A program made the translations under genes and the position numbers. A stretch of DNA of 61,499 nucleotides from positions 6,966 to 68,464 of the forward strand of contig CAZVKY010000001.1 in NCBI GenBank assembly GCA_964627915.1, read 5' to 3'. The DNA is from an uncultured Thermoplasmatales archaeon (GTDB taxonomy: Archaea > Thermoplasmatota > E2 > DHVEG-1). The notes under the pieces were generated by a model that was given only the letters and a program-made list of their open reading frames with translations, ran no database searches and was not told the DNA's origin. Positions 59,091-61,499 of the stretch are shown piece after piece (position 1 is the stretch's first letter; each line of letters opens with the position of its first letter).

Positions 59091-59894
59091 ATGATACAAA
59101 AACAGAGGATTCTTCCCATCGCATTGATTCTGTTCACCATGCTAATTGTTTTTACTGGTCAGACTATTTCTTTAAATACTGACTCTCATCGTATTCAATT
59201 AACATTGGGGGAGGAATTTATTTATGTGAATGAAAAAATCAACCTGGAAATCATTGAAGATGACACAAACATTACCAATTTGCTTTTTTGGATTCCAACA
59301 AATGCTGATAATATTCAGTCAACGGTGAATAATACCATTATTCCAACGGTAAAAATCGGAGGAAATGTGTATCAGGGAAACATTTCTGATATCAAGCAAG
59401 CCACCATATCATCAAATACGATTGAACTAACATATACGCTACCTGTTAGTATTCAGCAGTTTTCCAAAACATTGTTAAGAAATACTTCAGAGCTAATGAT
59501 TTCCTATGAGAACACTGATATTGCCTCTGCTTCCGCTCTTTCAATGAATTCCTCATATAGTGTTTCTATTCCTACTGAGTCTGATAAGGCATTGTTCAAT
59601 GTGTATACATTGACGTTAACGATTCTGTTGATTATTTTGCTTTTGGTTTCTTTTGTGTATGGTTTACGAAAAAGGAAAAATGGGAAAACAAGAAAAAGAG
59701 CATTTGAATCTGATGAGGTGTTGTCAACAGAGAAAACATTGTTGATGGATGTACTAAAAAAAATTGAGAAATTACATCGATATGAAAAGATGTCTGATGA
59801 TACATATCATAAACTAAAAGGCTATTATAAACAGCAAACTATTGAGATCATGAGTCAACTAGAGGATACTGATTCAAAAATCAAAAAGCAATGA
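59091..59894 (+). CDS. hypothetical single-pass surface protein with cytoplasmic helical tail
   Basis: Signal/anchor ILPIALILFTMLIVFTG, ectodomain with N-x-S/T sites, TM LTLTILLIILLLVSFVYGL, charged C-terminal tail. ATG 59091 preferred to GTG 59076. Confidence 0.55.
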   Translation: MIQKQRILPIALILFTMLIVFTGQTISLNTDSHRIQLTLGEEFIYVNEKINLEIIEDDTNITNLLFWIPTNADNIQSTVNNTIIPTVKIGGNVYQGNISDIKQATISSNTIELTYTLPVSIQQFSKTLLRNTSELMISYENTDIASASALSMNSSYSVSIPTESDKALFNVYTLTLTILLIILLLVSFVYGLRKRKNGKTRKRAFESDEVLSTEKTLLMDVLKKIEKLHRYEKMSDDTYHKLKGYYKQQTIEIMSQLEDTDSKIKKQ

Positions 59895-61316
59895 TTGTTC
59901 TTTTTGTTGATGATTGCTCTCATTAACAGGTTCGTCTTTTTTTGTTATTTCATTTTTTTCTTCATCATTTTGTTGCTTTTGAGTGGTATCAGTTTTTATT
60001 TTTTTGATATGATTTTTTGCTTGTTTCTGAGTCATATCTAAAAGAGTGATTGCTTCTTCATCAGATAGATCAAGGTTTTCTATGAGTTTTAAAGCAAATG
60101 CGTTGTTATGAGTAAAGAGTTTTTTTGTGTAGGGATAAATCAGGTTTTCAGTTTTGTTCAATGAACAGTGATGATAGGTTGAGAGTTTTTGAAGCATATG
60201 TTGTTTTGCAGCACTTAATTGTTTGTTTTGTTTTCCAGCTTTTAACCAACTTGGAAATTGATATTTCGATGGAAAAATTTTTCTTGTTTTTGCAAGGGAG
60301 ACACCAAGACTCATTTTTTCTGATGCATAAGCCCATAAACTATAGTGTTGACGACGAAAAGTTCGCCCGAGGAAAACATCGCTTTGTGACACCGCATCAA
60401 ATGCATGATAACGATCCAAAGGGTTCTTGTAGCTATTAGGTATGTTTTCTGTAATCCAGAAGAGTAGAGAGCGAGGATCTTCATCAACATTTCTAACCTG
60501 TTGCTTGATAGAATCAATATGTTGCTGAGTGAAAATTGTTTTCAGCACATCAAATATAATTGCTCCTCTATCTCGATTGCCAAGCACTGAAACATCATCT
60601 TTTGTAATCTTTGTTTTGTTCACACAAATAGATTGCAAATCCCGCACTGCAGATCGAAGATCTCCATTACATTGTTTACTTATCTGTTGCAGCACTGTTT
60701 GATTTGCACTGATTCCTTCTTTGCTGCAGATGCGTTTGAGCATATGTTGAATTTCATTGGGAAATGGTGGATACCATTTCAGATGCAACGCAAGGGATTT
60801 TAAAACTGCTCCACTGCCTTTGATTAACTGATAGTAGTCATTAACGATGAGGATAATAGGTTGATGTGTTTGTTTGATGGTTTGTATGATCGTGCGTTTA
60901 CCACCGCGATCACTATAATCTGAAGAGGAAGCAGCATTTCCTTTAATGCGTTCATAAAGATTATCTGCTTCATCAAGAATAATCAGTTTTCGACCGCCTG
61001 AAGCAGTCGTAATATATTGTCCCTGATTATCAAAGGTTTGATGAGTTGCTCCAGCAGTGGCAACTGCTTTGATTCGTTGTTCATTTCTGGCATCTGAGGT
61101 ATTTAATTCTATGGGGATCCATTGAAGATCATTTGCAAGAGCATAGGCACAACTGGTCTTTCCAATCCCTGGTTTCCCCGATAATATAACAGCTTTTTTT
61201 TTAGGGATTTGTGTCTGCCATTGTTTAGCCCAGCGGATTAGCTGTTGCACGGTTTTTCTATTGCCAACGATTTGTTTTAATGTGGTTGGTCTGTATTTTT
61301 CAGTCCAATCATCCAT
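59874..61316 (-). CDS. rfcL: replication factor C large subunit
   Basis: WTEKYRPTTLKQIVGN (RFC box II), GKPGIGKTS (Walker A), LDEADNL (DEAD-like), C-terminal charged tail ending QSLLFDF (PIP-box-like). Confidence 0.85.
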   Translation of the reverse strand: MDDWTEKYRPTTLKQIVGNRKTVQQLIRWAKQWQTQIPKKKAVILSGKPGIGKTSCAYALANDLQWIPIELNTSDARNEQRIKAVATAGATHQTFDNQGQYITTASGGRKLIILDEADNLYERIKGNAASSSDYSDRGGKRTIIQTIKQTHQPIILIVNDYYQLIKGSGAVLKSLALHLKWYPPFPNEIQHMLKRICSKEGISANQTVLQQISKQCNGDLRSAVRDLQSICVNKTKITKDDVSVLGNRDRGAIIFDVLKTIFTQQHIDSIKQQVRNVDEDPRSLLFWITENIPNSYKNPLDRYHAFDAVSQSDVFLGRTFRRQHYSLWAYASEKMSLGVSLAKTRKIFPSKYQFPSWLKAGKQNKQLSAAKQHMLQKLSTYHHCSLNKTENLIYPYTKKLFTHNNAFALKLIENLDLSDEEAITLLDMTQKQAKNHIKKIKTDTTQKQQNDEEKNEITKKDEPVNESNHQQKEQSLLFDF

Positions 61317-61430
61317 AATACAGTTGGTTTAAATAACTGAAGACTATTTTAATCATTTGCCAGTTATGAAGCATAATCTTTTTATCCGAAAGCAGTATTC
61401 CCCTGTTAGCATATGATGATGCGAGGATGG

Positions 61431-61499
61431 CCCAGCCTGGCTACGGCGAAGGATTGCTAATCCTTTGGTCTTACGACCACGGGAGTTCAAATCTCCCTC
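61431..61499 (+). tRNA. tRNA-Ser (anticodon GCU), 3' end truncated by the window
   Basis: GCGAGGA/.../AAGGA-UUGCUAA-UCCUU, long variable arm GGUCUUACGACC, T arm GGGAG-UUCAAAU-CUCCC. The acceptor 3' strand runs off the window. Confidence 0.8.

Noticed and set aside
61421-61431. ATGATGA (box C-like) immediately upstream of tRNA-Ser, considered as a C/D box sRNA.
   Set aside because: No matching box D (CUGA) or C'/D' at the appropriate spacing, and it abuts the tRNA 5' end.

Overview
AT-rich, densely coding archaeal chromosomal segment with about 60 protein genes and 3 tRNA genes. Translated ORFs support the archaeal identity: ribosomal proteins uL16/L10e and eL21, RNA polymerase subunit F, Nop5, Pus10, Taw1, Dph2, Nob1, GPN-loop GTPase, a long-form Hef helicase-nuclease (euryarchaeal type) and an RFC large subunit with a C-terminal PIP box. 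Most of the window is housekeeping (ArgRS, LeuRS, HisRS, PurD, PyrE, a PyrD fragment, family-4 UDG, EndoIV-like, MtaD). RNA and translation-modification genes are unusually concentrated. I saw no CRISPR array, transposase, integrase or rRNA. Accessory-looking content: (i) A translationally coupled three-gene operon at 31111-35668 encodes N-terminally anchored, sequon-rich proteins of 159/446/909 aa with no recognisable catalytic motif. This is my best candidate for an undescribed surface or pilus-like system. (ii) A bacterial-type tRNA-guanine transglycosylase is divergently paired with a YhhQ/DUF165 7-deazapurine transporter, and queC-queD lie about 7 kb away. (iii) Several secreted or surface proteins: a TSP3-repeat plus transglutaminase-like protein, an S8 subtilisin with a downstream small secreted peptide, a secreted protein with a predicted N-terminal His, and an esterase. 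(iv) A membrane-tethered ArsR-type regulator and a receiver domain lacking the phospho-acceptor Asp. (v) A tRNA-Pro whose anticodon loop reads UCGGGGA, with C at position 33. All calls come from reading the ORF translations and from manual folding. No database search was run, so family names are recognition from motifs and memory.
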